NCBI GenBank assembly: GCA_048013815.1
Contig: CM106585.1
Location: forward strand, 8,742,001-8,806,000
Source of the DNA: Setoptus koraiensis
Taxonomy: Eukaryota; Animalia; Arthropoda
Length of the DNA stretch: 64,000 nt
Direction: 5' to 3'
A program made the translations under genes and the position numbers. Positions 35,581-49,100 of this stretch are shown piece after piece. The first letter of the stretch is position 1. Each line of letters opens with the position of its first letter. The notes under the pieces are model-generated. The model saw only the letters and a list, made by a program, of their open reading frames with translations, was not told the origin of the DNA and searched no databases.

Positions 35581-38500
35581 CATTCACAATATAAAGCAGC
35601 AACATATAAAGCAACATAATTAGCCGCTTCACTTATTCAGCCTGCTCAAGGCAACCGGCCAGCGCATTTATCGGTGCAGTGTGTAATGGCGCGGCTACCG
35701 GTGCCAATTTGATTGTCGCTGTTTGCATCAATAGCAATGACGCAACAGCAATAATTACTATTATATAACACATCGGCGCTCATCATCACGACCATCACGA
35801 CAAACACCGCAAACCTGTGCAAACATCATCGCCTGTACGCCACCAGCAAACATATGATGAGAAGAGTTATGAGAGCGCACAGTAATGAAGCAATTTTTCA
35901 CCAATAATCGTCATTGTTGCATATAGCCACAAACAGGCCCAACGAGAGCGAAAGTGAGCACAGGTGAGCACAGGTGAGCAACGGTGAGCGAAAGTGAGTG
36001 CAAATCAAATCAGTGGCCACAAAAAGGCACAACAGCTCACTCAACAGCTCACTCAACAGCTTACGTAAGTGACGCAACGAGGCCTCAAGTGGCAACACAA
36101 GTGAACACAACGTCCCGTTACAACGGCAATCGAAGATCATGTTATCCGACTGTCGGACACATTTGCAAGCATCCACCAGATCAAATAGATCGAATAGATG
36201 GACCAAATCAACAAGAACAACCACGACAAATGCAAAGTCAACCATAATTATGTTGCAACGTTTAACGAAGCTCGCCAGCGACCAATCACCCAGCTCAAGC
36301 GACAACAACAACAATCACAACTATAGTCACAATAAAAATAAAAATAATAATAGTAATAGCAATAATAGAAGCCTGCGATAATTCAAGAAAATTTGTAAGT
36401 TTTACCTGCAGTGCGAAATCAACTCTCGAAGCCACCGATTTGTCAGTGCAACAATCACTGGTCACTTCCGGTCAAAAGCACACATCACGTATGTATTTTG
36501 TGAGGCGCATCTACATTTGTTTACAATTTGTTCACGTTTCCATTAACAATTCGAGCCGGCAACAATTGTGCTATCAATAGCTTTGAAAGGCTCGATTGTA
36601 TCAAGTTGCCGAGCCAACTTAGTATGACAATCTAACAAAAGCGAATCATTTCAACTTACCACACGTTAGTATCTTGGTGTTATGAGTCAGCCGAGTATCA
36701 CCAACACTCTGCGTAATTGTGGCTGACAATTGTGATTTACAAACAATGCCAAAACGACTAACGATTGCCCATTCGATGTGCTCGTTGCTCTCACCGGCTG
36801 ACCGTTTAGTCATACTGGCGAAATAGAGCGCTCGCCAGTCACTGATTTGTCGCAGATAAATGCCGGTTAGTTTGCTGACCTGCTGCTACCGCATCGTTTG
36901 TCGTCAATTGTTATTGTCGTCATTCGCCCACATGCGACATATTTGAGATAATTTAATTATGTTCATTATTCATTAATGTCAAGCAAAAACAACTATGCCA
37001 TCATGCGTTAATTTTTGCAAATTCCAGAAACGTTTGAGACTCAAACTTGGACTGACGAGATCACGCCCGGCGTTAGCGGTTGCCGTTGCGGGTTGAGAAA
37101 TGCTACCAGGGCCCATTCAAATTCAGCTGCAAGTCAGTTGCGGTTCAATTGCGGTAAAGTGTGGATCGTCTCATAAAACTCATTTGGTTTATAACAAACG
37201 GACAGTTATCAATTATTGCCAATTAGTCATTTCATTATCTAACAAAGTGGTCAGACACATGAGCGCGTTATGAAGACAACTGACAATTGTGAGAATGGAC
37301 GCTCGAAATAGTGCTGCCTATCACTGGCATTGTGCAAACGAGCGATGCAATAATAAATGGTAACTAGCCGCTTTAATGGCCTTGAGGCGCCAATTGGCTC
37401 GACTATCTTGTTGCTAAATGTGTCACAAGAATGAATCTAGAACAATAATTATAATTGTCCCAAGTGGCGATGCAATCTAATACTGGCCGGCATATTATTA
37501 GTAATTAGCGTGCGTAGTCAGTAGTAATGAGCATAGTCAATTATGAATGAATGCAACCAGTAAATTCAATCGCGATCAATGCATCTCAGCTGAAAACTGA
37601 TATAACCGATCCAATATAATGATAACATGTTGTCATGATGTAACATTGGCTTGCGATGCAGGCGTGACGTAACACTTGAGTGTGAATAAAAGCGAAAATA
37701 TTGCGGTGGCCTCAGGCATATCGGCCGGAGAGTATTGCAATATCCATACTATCATAGTATTACCATGGCTATACTGTATCTATACATGTATGGATATTGC
37801 ATTACTATATTACCGATCCAGCTCAAAGCTGCCTCTGGCAAGCCGCTGCTGATTTGCATATTGTGGCCACTAACTTGGACACTAATGGCGATTTGACAGT
37901 ATCAATCAATCAATAATCAGCCATTCAACAATATCAGCCGAGCACCTTGTTGACACCTCAAAATCGATACCTGCACCCATGCTTTTAAGCTTTCCGATGA
38001 GTCCGAACGGATTTTGAATGAAATTCAGTGCAGTATTCACACGTGAATATGTTGGTCAAAATAACTGTGCCCTCGTTGTGACTGCTTGTGTCTCGTTGGC
38101 TACTCCAATGATGATATAACTGCTCGTTGCATTAATATTATCCGACTGCTAATGATATAAATTGATGCACAGCCAGCAGTGAGCTGATTCTCACATCGTC
38201 TTTTGCCAGTCGATGCACCCTGACTGTTGGAGATTTAGTTTGAGACTTAATTGCCGATTGGGCGATTTTACACATTGCAACGAAGTTTTCCGTGTGCATG
38301 TGAAGCAAAGCCTAATGGTCAGAATTTTCATTAGACTCGGATGATCCGAGTCGGATGATAACAATTTTGCAAGTTTTTACCGGCGAGAATAGTTGCGACT
38401 ATTTGATAGATGACACACAAAGGCACCATGTGAAGAAGACAAATGTCTTGCTACGGATAGCCTATCCGAGCGAGCAGTGAGTGAAAGTGGCGAGCTGCCT

Positions 38501-40790
38501 CTTCTCATTCCAGTTTAATTTATCTCTCTCTCTCTCATCTTCTAGTATCACCTCGGCGCTCAATTCAATTTTATCCAATCCAATCCTATCCTTCAGTGAA
38601 TCTAATCCAATGCGATTGTCGGCCTATTCGGACTGCTCGGCTAAATCCAGTATCGAGCGTGCTCGCCAGTCCGCCGGACAAGTTTAGACCGATCCGGTCC
38701 GATCCAGTCGGGTCCGGTCTGCTCCCGTCCGGTCTGGCCGTCGATGATTTGTTCAGTTAGTTGGCCACCGCCGGATTCATTGCAGCCTTGTGCTGACCAC
38801 TTGTAATAGACTTACAGAGACAGCAACAATAAACAACTATCACTCCAACTATGATGTAATCAGCAATTTCTGCGCAATGAATCGTTGCGATGATTGCATA
38901 CGATTAAATGAGTGAGACACTAAAACTAACTGAATGCAATGTATGAATGCACTGCCAAGACATTTCCCATATGTAGATACATGTGCATACATAAGCTGCC
39001 ATTTGCCAACTTGAGACGGCAAGCCAAACAGAATAGATTATAATGAAGTGTTGTTGTTGTTGTTGTTGCTGTTGTTGCTGCTGTTGTTGCCGGTGTTGTT
39101 ACAATGGCATTCTTATTTCATTATTCGCTTTGCATCCCGCTGTCCATTCACCTGTAGTTGTTGCAGTGGCTCACCTGTTGCAACTTGCAACACAAATCAA
39201 TTCGTGTGTGTGACTCGATAACTCAATGTATGAGTTTAATGACCAAATTGGCCACACACTAAAACACACAAACCCAATGCGATGGCTACCATAATCATTA
39301 CTGTTATTCATATAAATAGAAATACTAAATTAAGCTAACATTGTAATCCAATGATAGCCATAAATGCATCATGATGCAACTTCCGTTTTTCTCGGGAAAA
39401 CTGCCATCACTCCTATCATAGGAGTCCTATGAATACAACATACAAATAGTGTTTATAACAAACATACACAATGTTTGTTGTTGCAGCCATTCAAACGAGA
39501 CTTTTGTGTCAGCAGTCTCGTATGAGCGACTAACAATTTTAATCAATGATTGACTATTATTGTTAGTCGCCATCATTAGACCATTATCTCGTTTGAACGG
39601 TGCGGATCGGCTCGGTTTTGTCATAACAAACTGTCGGTACAAAGAAAGTACATTGCACAGAAATGGTTTCTCTGTCTGCGATTGTGATCGATGGCACCTT
39701 TGTGTGTCTTCATCCGTCTCTTAATCCAAATAAATCCAACAGCGACAATTGAGAGCCAAAATGAAGCACCCATACCCATGACCCTTGACACAATCTAAAT
39801 TGCTCTCTAATTAACTCTAATTGACTCTGATCATTACTATTGTTTGTGTTATTATTCATTTTTATCATCCATCATGGCTCAACTAAACTGTCTGTGCAGA
39901 CAGATAATCAAGCAAAGTGCCAAACTTCAGTTCGAATTCGGACATGGTCAATTTATTGTTCATTTGATATAATCTAGAGTATTACTTTGACGCCACTCGC
40001 TAACAGCTAGTGGCCAAAGAACGAAACTGAGTGTCATCAATCAATACTGGTCAAAGCAAATAGTATTCAACCCGTCGCGTTAACCGCGCATTTCCGGTAC
40101 TGGAGTCAAGAGTCCACAGCAATTACATCACACAAATTTGACCACATCCACTGGCGCTGAGCACACATTTGTTGTAATTGTGCTATTAGAATCGAGCTCA
40201 ATCGATGCTCCAATCTGCTTTATTGGCCGTTACTTTTACTTCAGTAAATCACCTGTCGCTCCTCCTCAATTTAATGCATGTTGAATCATCTAATGTCAGT
40301 TGATCAGGCGATGATCGAGCGTTTAATGGTTGGTTGGTAGTGATTTAGTAGCAGCAGCAATCAAAGCAACAACCAGAAGCAACAACCAGAAGCAACAACC
40401 AGAAGCAACAACTAGAAGCAACAACAGCGAGCAGCAAAATAGGCAGTCGCTCAATTAATCGAACGCATCATCATCATCACAAATCACAACAAATCGAGCA
40501 AGATATATTGCGTAACACATTAGTTTAGTTTATCATAAAGTTAATATTATCTGATCACATCAATCGGTGCTCATCCAACGCGATCTTTGCATGTTGATCG
40601 CATCGATCATCGCAACTTGTTACAATTTGTCAGCTCTTCACATCACACTATTCCTATAGCACACCATTGCATCACATCATTGCATCACACAGTAGTTGGC
40701 AGCGTAACGAGATTCGTTAAAGAATTGAAATCTTTTGTTACAGTTACTTTGGTTTGTTTAATATTTCTCGGCCGGCCATCGACAATACCC

Positions 40791-40857
40791 AACAACAGCA
40801 ACAACAACAAAAACAACAACAACAGCAACAACAACAGCAGCAGCAGCAGCAACAATA
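40791..40857 (+). repeat. (AAC/CAG)n tract just upstream of the GMC start codon
   Basis: aac/cag triplet run; in frame with GMC exon 1 but with no upstream ATG. Confidence 0.85.
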
Positions 40858-40915
40858 CAGCCAATTCAATCTCGGCCAGCAACAACAATCGGGGCGCAAT
40901 AACAATAAACGAGCG

Positions 40916-43050
40916 ATGAGCTTCGTGGGACCCCTGCTACCGGCGCTGGTGCCGCTGACCACGCTGCTGTGGATCCGGGCGGCCGATCATTCGGTGAGCA
41001 TCAGCAGAAACGATTGGGAGAACGAATACGATTACATAATAGGTGAGTAGCAAAGTGCGATAAGAGCACTTCATTATTGTATTACTTATCGCTCGCTCTG
41101 TGCGCCCCTCACACCACTTTATCGGTATTTGCCACTTTATCGCTCGCTCCATCTAAACAGACAATTGTCTTGTTGGCGAGCGATGAAAGCGCCAGAGCGT
41201 TCGCCGGAAGCAGCTCCATCGGGCAGCTTCGCCGGCGCTTTGAGCGCCGGCTGAACCTAGACACTTTTATCTATTAATTCCATCTCGAGTGAGTGCGTGA
41301 GAGACAGAGGGAGCGAGAAAAAGATTGACACTATCGCCTATTGAGCATTTTGGCAGTTGTTAAAAATAGAAGACCAAAGAGTGTTTGACAAAGACAGAGA
41401 TGGAATCTCATTTACTGGATCACACAAGCTGGATATCCGCCAATATCCATTTGTGTGTTGGCCTAATGGCCGGCCAACACGGAGTGAATATTAGCATCGG
41501 CCAGCGAGAGTGACGAGACAAAAGAAGCATCATCGAAAGTGAATTCGAACGGACTTTGGGGCTTTGATTTATTGTTGTTATCGCATCGCATGTTACTTTA
41601 TATAGACGGTCGCTTTATGTGGCCGGTCAGTCTGTATGGACGGTCACTTTGTATGGAAGCTGACTTTATATAAATAGTCTCAAACGCGCGAGTCGCTGTA
41701 TAAATAGTTGCTCATCAGGCTGGCAGGATGCGAGCTAAACAAGTTGCAATTCGCCAACAGCGACAGGTGTAACAATGTGTTCAATGGGCTCACAGCGGCA
41801 ACGGCCAACAAATCAGCAAAAACGTTTCTCTTTCTTTTATGCATGTCTCATGTGATCAATCAATAATCAGACAGAGTCAAATCAACAAGCGTCCATGATA
41901 TTAACGGCTCACACTTTGGAGACGCCACCTCGGCCAACGGCGCCAATGGATTGTTGTTGCTCACAATTGTCAGATTGAAAGGAGTTTGTTTAGGCTTGCT
42001 GCTGCTGCTGGTGTGTTGCAGCAGCGATAAAAACGACTTTATCCGGCCAGCCGAGCCACTGACCGCCGTTCGAATCAACGGCACGGCTGGCCGGACAAAG
42101 TGGAAGAGTCAGCCAACAGAACAAAGAACAAAAAACAGAGACACAGAGCAAAAAAGAAATGGCACTCTTAATAATAATTCATCACTTTGTTTATCAGCCA
42201 ATGATTGACTCTCTCTCTCTCTCTATGTCTACATGTATTTTCTCGTATGTTCTCTCGTATGTTCTGTCGACGGCAAACGGCGATTCTTTGCGCGCAACTC
42301 ACCTGTCGGACGCTTTCGGATGCTGCTGCCATCGCCGCTGTATTTACACAACATGTGACGGCTGGGTATGCAGTGGGCGGCGGATCCGCGGGCGCGGTTA
42401 TGGCCAACAGACTGAGCGAGGACCCGGATAAAATGGTGCTCCTTTTAGAGGCGGGCGGGAGTGAGAATATACTGTCGGACATACCCATTGCGGCCGCAAC
42501 CCTGCAGCTCACTCCCATCGATTGGGCCTATCAAACGGAACCGCAAGAGGCCGCGTGCTTCGGTCTGGTCAACAGGGTGAGTTTAAATTTATTCTTTTCT
42601 TCTTTTTATAACTTGTGCCTCCGTGTATAACTTACACACAGTGTCAGTTCCGTTAACTGATTGCGCAACCAAACTCAAATGAATTGCGAGTCATAGTTAA
42701 CACACTAATGCCGACAACTATGGAAACGACCGATGCACTCTCACGATAATATACTCACCATCAATAATGTTCACTTTCTCCTCTCCTCTCCTCGCCTTTG
42801 CCTTCCCTCAATCTATTCTTGTGTTGCCCTTACGCAATTCTTGTGCCGCTCTTATGTAACTCTTATGTAATCATCAACTCACGACCGTAATGGTAAAACA
42901 ACAATTGTATTGATTACGATGACTCATAACGATCATCATCGCCGTCGTCATCATCACCGTACAATAAAATTGTGCAAATAACAAAACAACATTGCCGGCG
43001 ATCACATTACGCAACAACTTGTTGATACAACAACAACTTCCTTATGGGTC

Positions 43051-43103
<53 letters not shown>

Positions 43104-46100
43104 ACACCATTCATGCATGGTGGTGCTAATGATGCACGCCGCTCACCGCAAACTCGCTCCATTAACTGGACTCAAATAATGATATGATATTGTACAAACC
43201 GGCCGACAACCCGATCGCATGCCCGACAACAATGTCACACAACGTGTGTGTGTGTGTGTCGTTTGAATTGATTGTGTAATTTACCATTGAACTCACTCGG
43301 CTCGAAAACATCCGCGCTAAAATATTCACAACAAAACATCCACAATGAAATATCCACAACGAAATATCCACAACGAAATATCCACAACGAAATACCCGCA
43401 ACAAAATATTCGCAACAAAACATTCGCAACGAAACATTCTCGCGCACGGATGGATTCACTTGTGGATACTAAATTATGCAAATTTAATTATCCAATACTG
43501 TTATACCATCATGCATTGTGACGCAATCAATTACGACGTGCGACAAAAACGCATTTCAACATTTCAAACGCTATGGCTGAAACACGGTTAAAATGTGGCT
43601 CAAATACGGTCAAAATACGGCTAAAAAATAGCGGAGTCGCTGGCCGCGCGGGCGTGTCTTGGGCGGCTCGTCCGTGCTCAACTACATGCTCTACATTAGA
43701 GGCAACAGGCGCGACTACAACAAATGGGCCGCCGAGGGTGCCGACGGTTGGAGCTGGCAAGACGTGTTTCCCTATTTCCTCAAGTCCGAAGACAACAGAG
43801 ACGAGAGCATTGCGCATAACGGTAAGTGCACCAAACAGACCATAATTAACCCCGGCTACCTGTGCTGTGATTTACACTGTGTGTGTGTGTGTGTGCGTGA
43901 TCGTTGAACCTTGCTAATTATGTGAGCTCGCCAAAAACTAATTATGCAACAATGAATTGACAGCAATGCAAATTCAAACCGGGCGCGCTCTGGGGTCAGG
44001 TCAAGCTTGACCGGTGGCGCAAGGTGACACACAGGCCGTCTGACTGGCCCGGTGTCGCGACCCGCGAGCAACAGAACGCCAAGCGACCAGGTGAAGCACT
44101 TGCCAGAGGACAGGTGAGGCCGTTGAAGAATGCGTGCTCTCTCGACTAGCTCGCTACGAGCCACTCGCAGCCATTTTTCCGGCATTTTGCTGCTGTTTTG
44201 CCGGCATTGCCGTTAAGAAAACGGCAGTAGCAGTGATTCGTGCGAAATGCAGCTTATACGTGTGCATTACATAATGCAGAGGTAGCAAACGTGCGAACTG
44301 TGGCTCGAGTCTGTGAGAGTTTATCCTTTCGGACGACGATGCGGCCAGCGCACGTAATGAGACAGCGAGATGGATTGAGAGATATCTGCTGATATGCGTC
44401 TCATTTATATCATATATTGTGAGAGATTCGGCCGGCAATGTGAGACAGACAACGACGCAAATAAATTATCGGAGATGCAACGTGCGTGCCATTGAGCCGT
44501 TCGCGGTGATTAAATATATCGCTTGTCGTGACGCTGTTGCGCTTCTAAGAACGGCAACACTGGCACTCGCACAATGAGCGCCGACTGTTGCGCAATGAGA
44601 TGTTGTTGTTGTTGTTGCTGTCGTGGTTGCTGTCGTTGTTGGTGCTGCTGGTGATCGCTCAGCGATTCGACAGCTACAAAAGGACGCATCCTTTCGAAAG
44701 GTTGCGCGCTTCGAATTGAATGAAATGAATTGAACAAATGCAGCGAATGAATTGACTGAATGGACGGTGGTCAGCAGTGAAAGTGGCCGCCAGTCATCAG
44801 TTTAAACATGTCATTTTGAGATTGAGTGGTCAGACAGGCAACAAACAAATCAACTAACTCGGCTGAGAATAGCCGCGCCAGTTAGTTAAAATAACTAGCT
44901 GCTGTTGCCATTTTAACGCACAAAGAAAATAAATATACGACGACAGGTGCCTTCTTTATAATGAGGCGTGCAATGAGCTCATCATGAGACGAGAGAGCCT
45001 TATTTTCGCAACATAAACTGGCCAGCATATTGAGTGACCACTTTATGACGTGATTGTATACGGCCTCCAATAAACGCCGGCCAGATAGCCGGCATTAGAC
45101 GCAAGCCACTTGCCGGCGTATGATTAGCTGACCAGTGACTCTGACGGATGACTCTATAGAGTGATGAAGCCGTAGCATGAAGAAGAGCCCGTCTGATGAG
45201 GACGCAGCGGCTATATTTAGCCACATGAGCATTTGTTAAGCTCATTTGGCGTAAATGGCGCAAAATAAACGAGACGAATGCGATGACCACTGCGCCGGTC
45301 AACAAGAAACAAATCTGATGTAGTTGTCCATTGTGTGCACAACAAGTGATTTGTCGACCACAACAACAACGACAGCAACAGCGACGACAACGACAACGAC
45401 AACAACAACAGCGACAACAACAATGCGACGGCTCATTATTATTATTGTTGTTAATGGCATGACAAATATGTTGCTGTGCCGCCTTGATTGATTTTACATC
45501 AATACGGCCCATCAGACACACAGAAATAAAATTATCATGATGACCAATAGAAGCTATTCAAATGCAACAACAACACATGTCTCGGCCGGTGGGCCCGGCA
45601 TCAAAAGCCGCTCTCGCCGGTCCCATTGGTTCGGCCCACACAAGCGATTTAGAGGAGGCAGCACCAACTGTAACGGTAATTGTAATTGGGCAATTGCGAA
45701 ATTGAAAATTTCCAATTGTAAAATTATAATTATTTGAGCGCACAAACAGCGAGTGCGAGAGACTTAAAATTGATCGATTGAATCAATCGGATTGATCGAC
45801 TGAGGCGACCAAGATTGCGCAATAGCGCACTGCCGGTCGGCATATTGCATCAGTTGGCAAGACTTTCACTCCGAGCTTCCTATGATTTCTATGATTTATA
45901 TGGTTTCTGTGATTTCTATGGCTTCTACGATTTCTGTGGTTGCTGTGATTTCTGTGGTGGTCAGCCACAGAAATGTGCACACAAAGCGGCATGCGATGGG
46001 TACCTTGTTTGGCTCCCTGATTCAACATCCGCTTGCACTAATCGGCCAAAGCTGCAAATATGTATATCTGGAAATCTGTATATCTGGCATTCTGTATATC

Positions 46101-49100
46101 TGTGCAAATTTGTGGGGAACTGGAGCAAACAAGCGCCATTTGTCAAGTGACGCCATCTACACACATTGTGATGGATAACTCATGAGATGATTGATAACCT
46201 CCGTACGAATGCCAGCCACTCACTAGCTTGCTATCTATGTGCACAAATCTACACAAATAGTCATGCAACAACAAATTGACTTAGACGGCAGCAGCGGCAA
46301 TACAGATTTAGATGGGTGATAGAGTTAGACGGAGGAGCGCCTACACTAATTATTTACAAATCATTGTTTGATTGTGTGATGAGAATTGCGTCTGGCAATA
46401 GTGAGTTTGAGCGGTCACTGAGAGTTGCCGTGAGAAACTGTTGCATGAGCTGTGTGTCTCAATCAAGCCGTCAATCGGTGATGCAACTGATTTAAATGAT
46501 AAACGTCGAAATGAAATGAAAATAATAAACGATGATGAGTTCGAGCTGGCTCGCGAAAACAACAGCGATGCATCACTGTCAAGCTGGCCACAAGAACACA
46601 CATGTCGCTGTTAATTGATTGCTTATTGTGTTTATCGCCAATGTGTTCAGCTTGTTAGCCGGCTATTTTCGCCAAAAAATAGATAGAGTTGGATGCGTCG
46701 AGTGATTGTTTGATTTGTTCGCTTGGTCGTTGTGACGCGGCACCATCAATGATTGAGTCGAGATTGCTGATGGCCGACCGACCAACCACGCCAGCGACAA
46801 CAAACGGATAAATTTATAAATAAATGAAACGAATGAATAAATAACTCGCCAGAGCGAAAATAAACAGACAGACGGACCGACAAACAGATAAACAGACAGA
46901 TGAATAAGTGAAATGAAAAGTGTTGCGGAGCCAGGCGAGCGGCGATGGCGGCGGGGTCATCGTGTCTAACGGTAAACACTGACATGAGTTGAATGTACAC
47001 ACAAGTGCACATTGTGTGTAGTGACGTAAGAAAAAATGATTACATAACATTCGCTTGTCGCTGTGACCGCGCCGGTGCCCAATGAATATTCAATTGGAAT
47101 GAATATCCAATTGGAATGAATATTCGGGCTGCATCACTGAGATGAACTTTTCACTTGAGATGCATTGAGTTGCCGGTGAGGCCAGCGAGCAGCATCAAAA
47201 GTCAATGACAATCTGTCGACACGGCCAGCCGCCATTTGCCGCTATTCAGTCGCTTGATAGTTGTTTTTTTGTGCACGATAAAACTTGTTTCGTTGCTCGC
47301 TTGCGGCAACAACGTTGCTAACGTGAGTAAACTTGAATTTATCCATATAGCACTTCCGCAAATTGACCACAAATTGAATCAGCCGTACATTGGATATAAA
47401 CAGCCAAGCAGCCACTTATACATAGACAGACACACTTATACATGGAGCGAGTGAGTGTCACCCTCGTGAGATGCTCTGTGATGCCATCAGGCGCCTAACG
47501 GCATCCAAAGTGACTTATTTGTCAGTTGTCACCCGATGATCGTTAGTCTTTGAGCAGTTGCTTGTGTAGCCATCGGGCATCCAGTTTTATTGGGCTCGCA
47601 ATTGCAATTGGGATGCCGGGCAAAAAAGCAAATGGCAAGACGAGCGACATCAATTGCGCTCTAAATGAAACCCTTTTGAGAGTCGGCTCGGTGCGGGGCA
47701 GCGATTCATATTTAGCTCTAATGTGATTATGTCATCATTTGTGACAAGCCCACCAATCAGATGCTGCTTGCATTGTTGCCTGTCTGCAAGTGGCGAGCTC
47801 GCCGAGACGACTCACCGCAGTCGGACACTTGCTGCCGGCAACAGTCTGTGCATTTCAACCGGCTGCTGTGGCCAGCCAACGGGCCTCAATAAACAACCAG
47901 ATCAGCGCGATTAAACGATCGGCTGATTTATTGTGCTCGCAAAAACATAGGCATACACACAATATTGTATATTTGTGCTTGCGCAATCGAGACAAGTGGC
48001 GAGCGGCAAAACAACTTTGATTGCACCTGTCTCACTTTGTGATGCCAAAACATGTAATTTGTTGTCTTTGCTGCCCAATGGTCAGTTTGCTGTGGTCGCT
48101 CGATGGTCAGCTTGCGTTAGTCACTCGATGGTCAGCTAGCGGCGGTCGCTCGATGGTCAGCTTGCCGTGGTCACTCGATGGCGGAAACATCACGCATCAG
48201 CAACAATTACAAGCGAATAATAATTAGCGATAATCCAATTCAGCGTCGCACTCAATTTGCTCATTCTCTCTCTCTCTTCTCGTTCGCAAACATCTTATAA
48301 TTATTGGACACACGACAAACAGGATACCACAGCACGGGCGGATACCTCACAGTGGCCACACCGCCTGATCCGACGCTCTTGGGGCAGGCCTTTCCGGAGG
48401 CGGGCAAGCACCTCGGGTACCCCAATACCGATCTGAACGGAGCGGTTCAAACCGGTTTCGCCATACCCCAGGGAACTATTCGTCGCGGTGCGCGCTGCTC
48501 CACATCCAAGGCCTTCCTGCAGCCGGCCCGACAGAGGCCCAATTTGCACGTGGTCACTTTTGCCTATGCCACAAAGCTACTATTCAATTCGGACAGGCGT
48601 GCGGTGGCCGTTCAATTCGAGCGTTTCTCTCTATCGAACGTTGTGTATGCCCGCAAAGAGATCATCGTGTCGGCCGGAAGTATAAACTCGGCGCAACTTT
48701 TGATGCTGTCGGGTATCGGACCCGCGGATCACCTCCGCTCGATGGGCATACCCGTTGTGGCGGATTTGCCCGTTGGTCAGAATCTTCAGGATCACATTTA
48801 TCCGGCGCTGCCGTTCACAGTAGACAGAAAGATATCGCTTGTGCAGAGGCGCGTGGTCACCCTGCCCAATCTCGTTACCTATTTCTCGCTCGGGCGCGGC
48901 CCGCTCACCGCACTGGGCGGTGTTGAGGGGCTGGGTTTCATCAAGACCAAATTCACCAATGCCACAGACGACTGGCCCGACTTCCAGATACACATGCTGA
49001 CCGGGTCGCTGGTGTCGGACGACGGGCAAACCTTCCGCCGGGTGCAGGGCGTGACAAAGGAGCTCTGGGAACAGGTGTATGTGCCATACATTAGCTACGA

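Noticed and set aside
40754-40915. Poly-Q N-terminal extension of GMC
   Set aside because: Needs a TTG start; ATG 40916 is followed by a signal-like stretch, so the triplet tract is more likely 5' UTR.
27439-45960. Tandem arrays as possible CRISPR repeats
   Set aside because: Head-to-tail units without unique spacers, no cas genes, and eukaryotic spliced-gene context.
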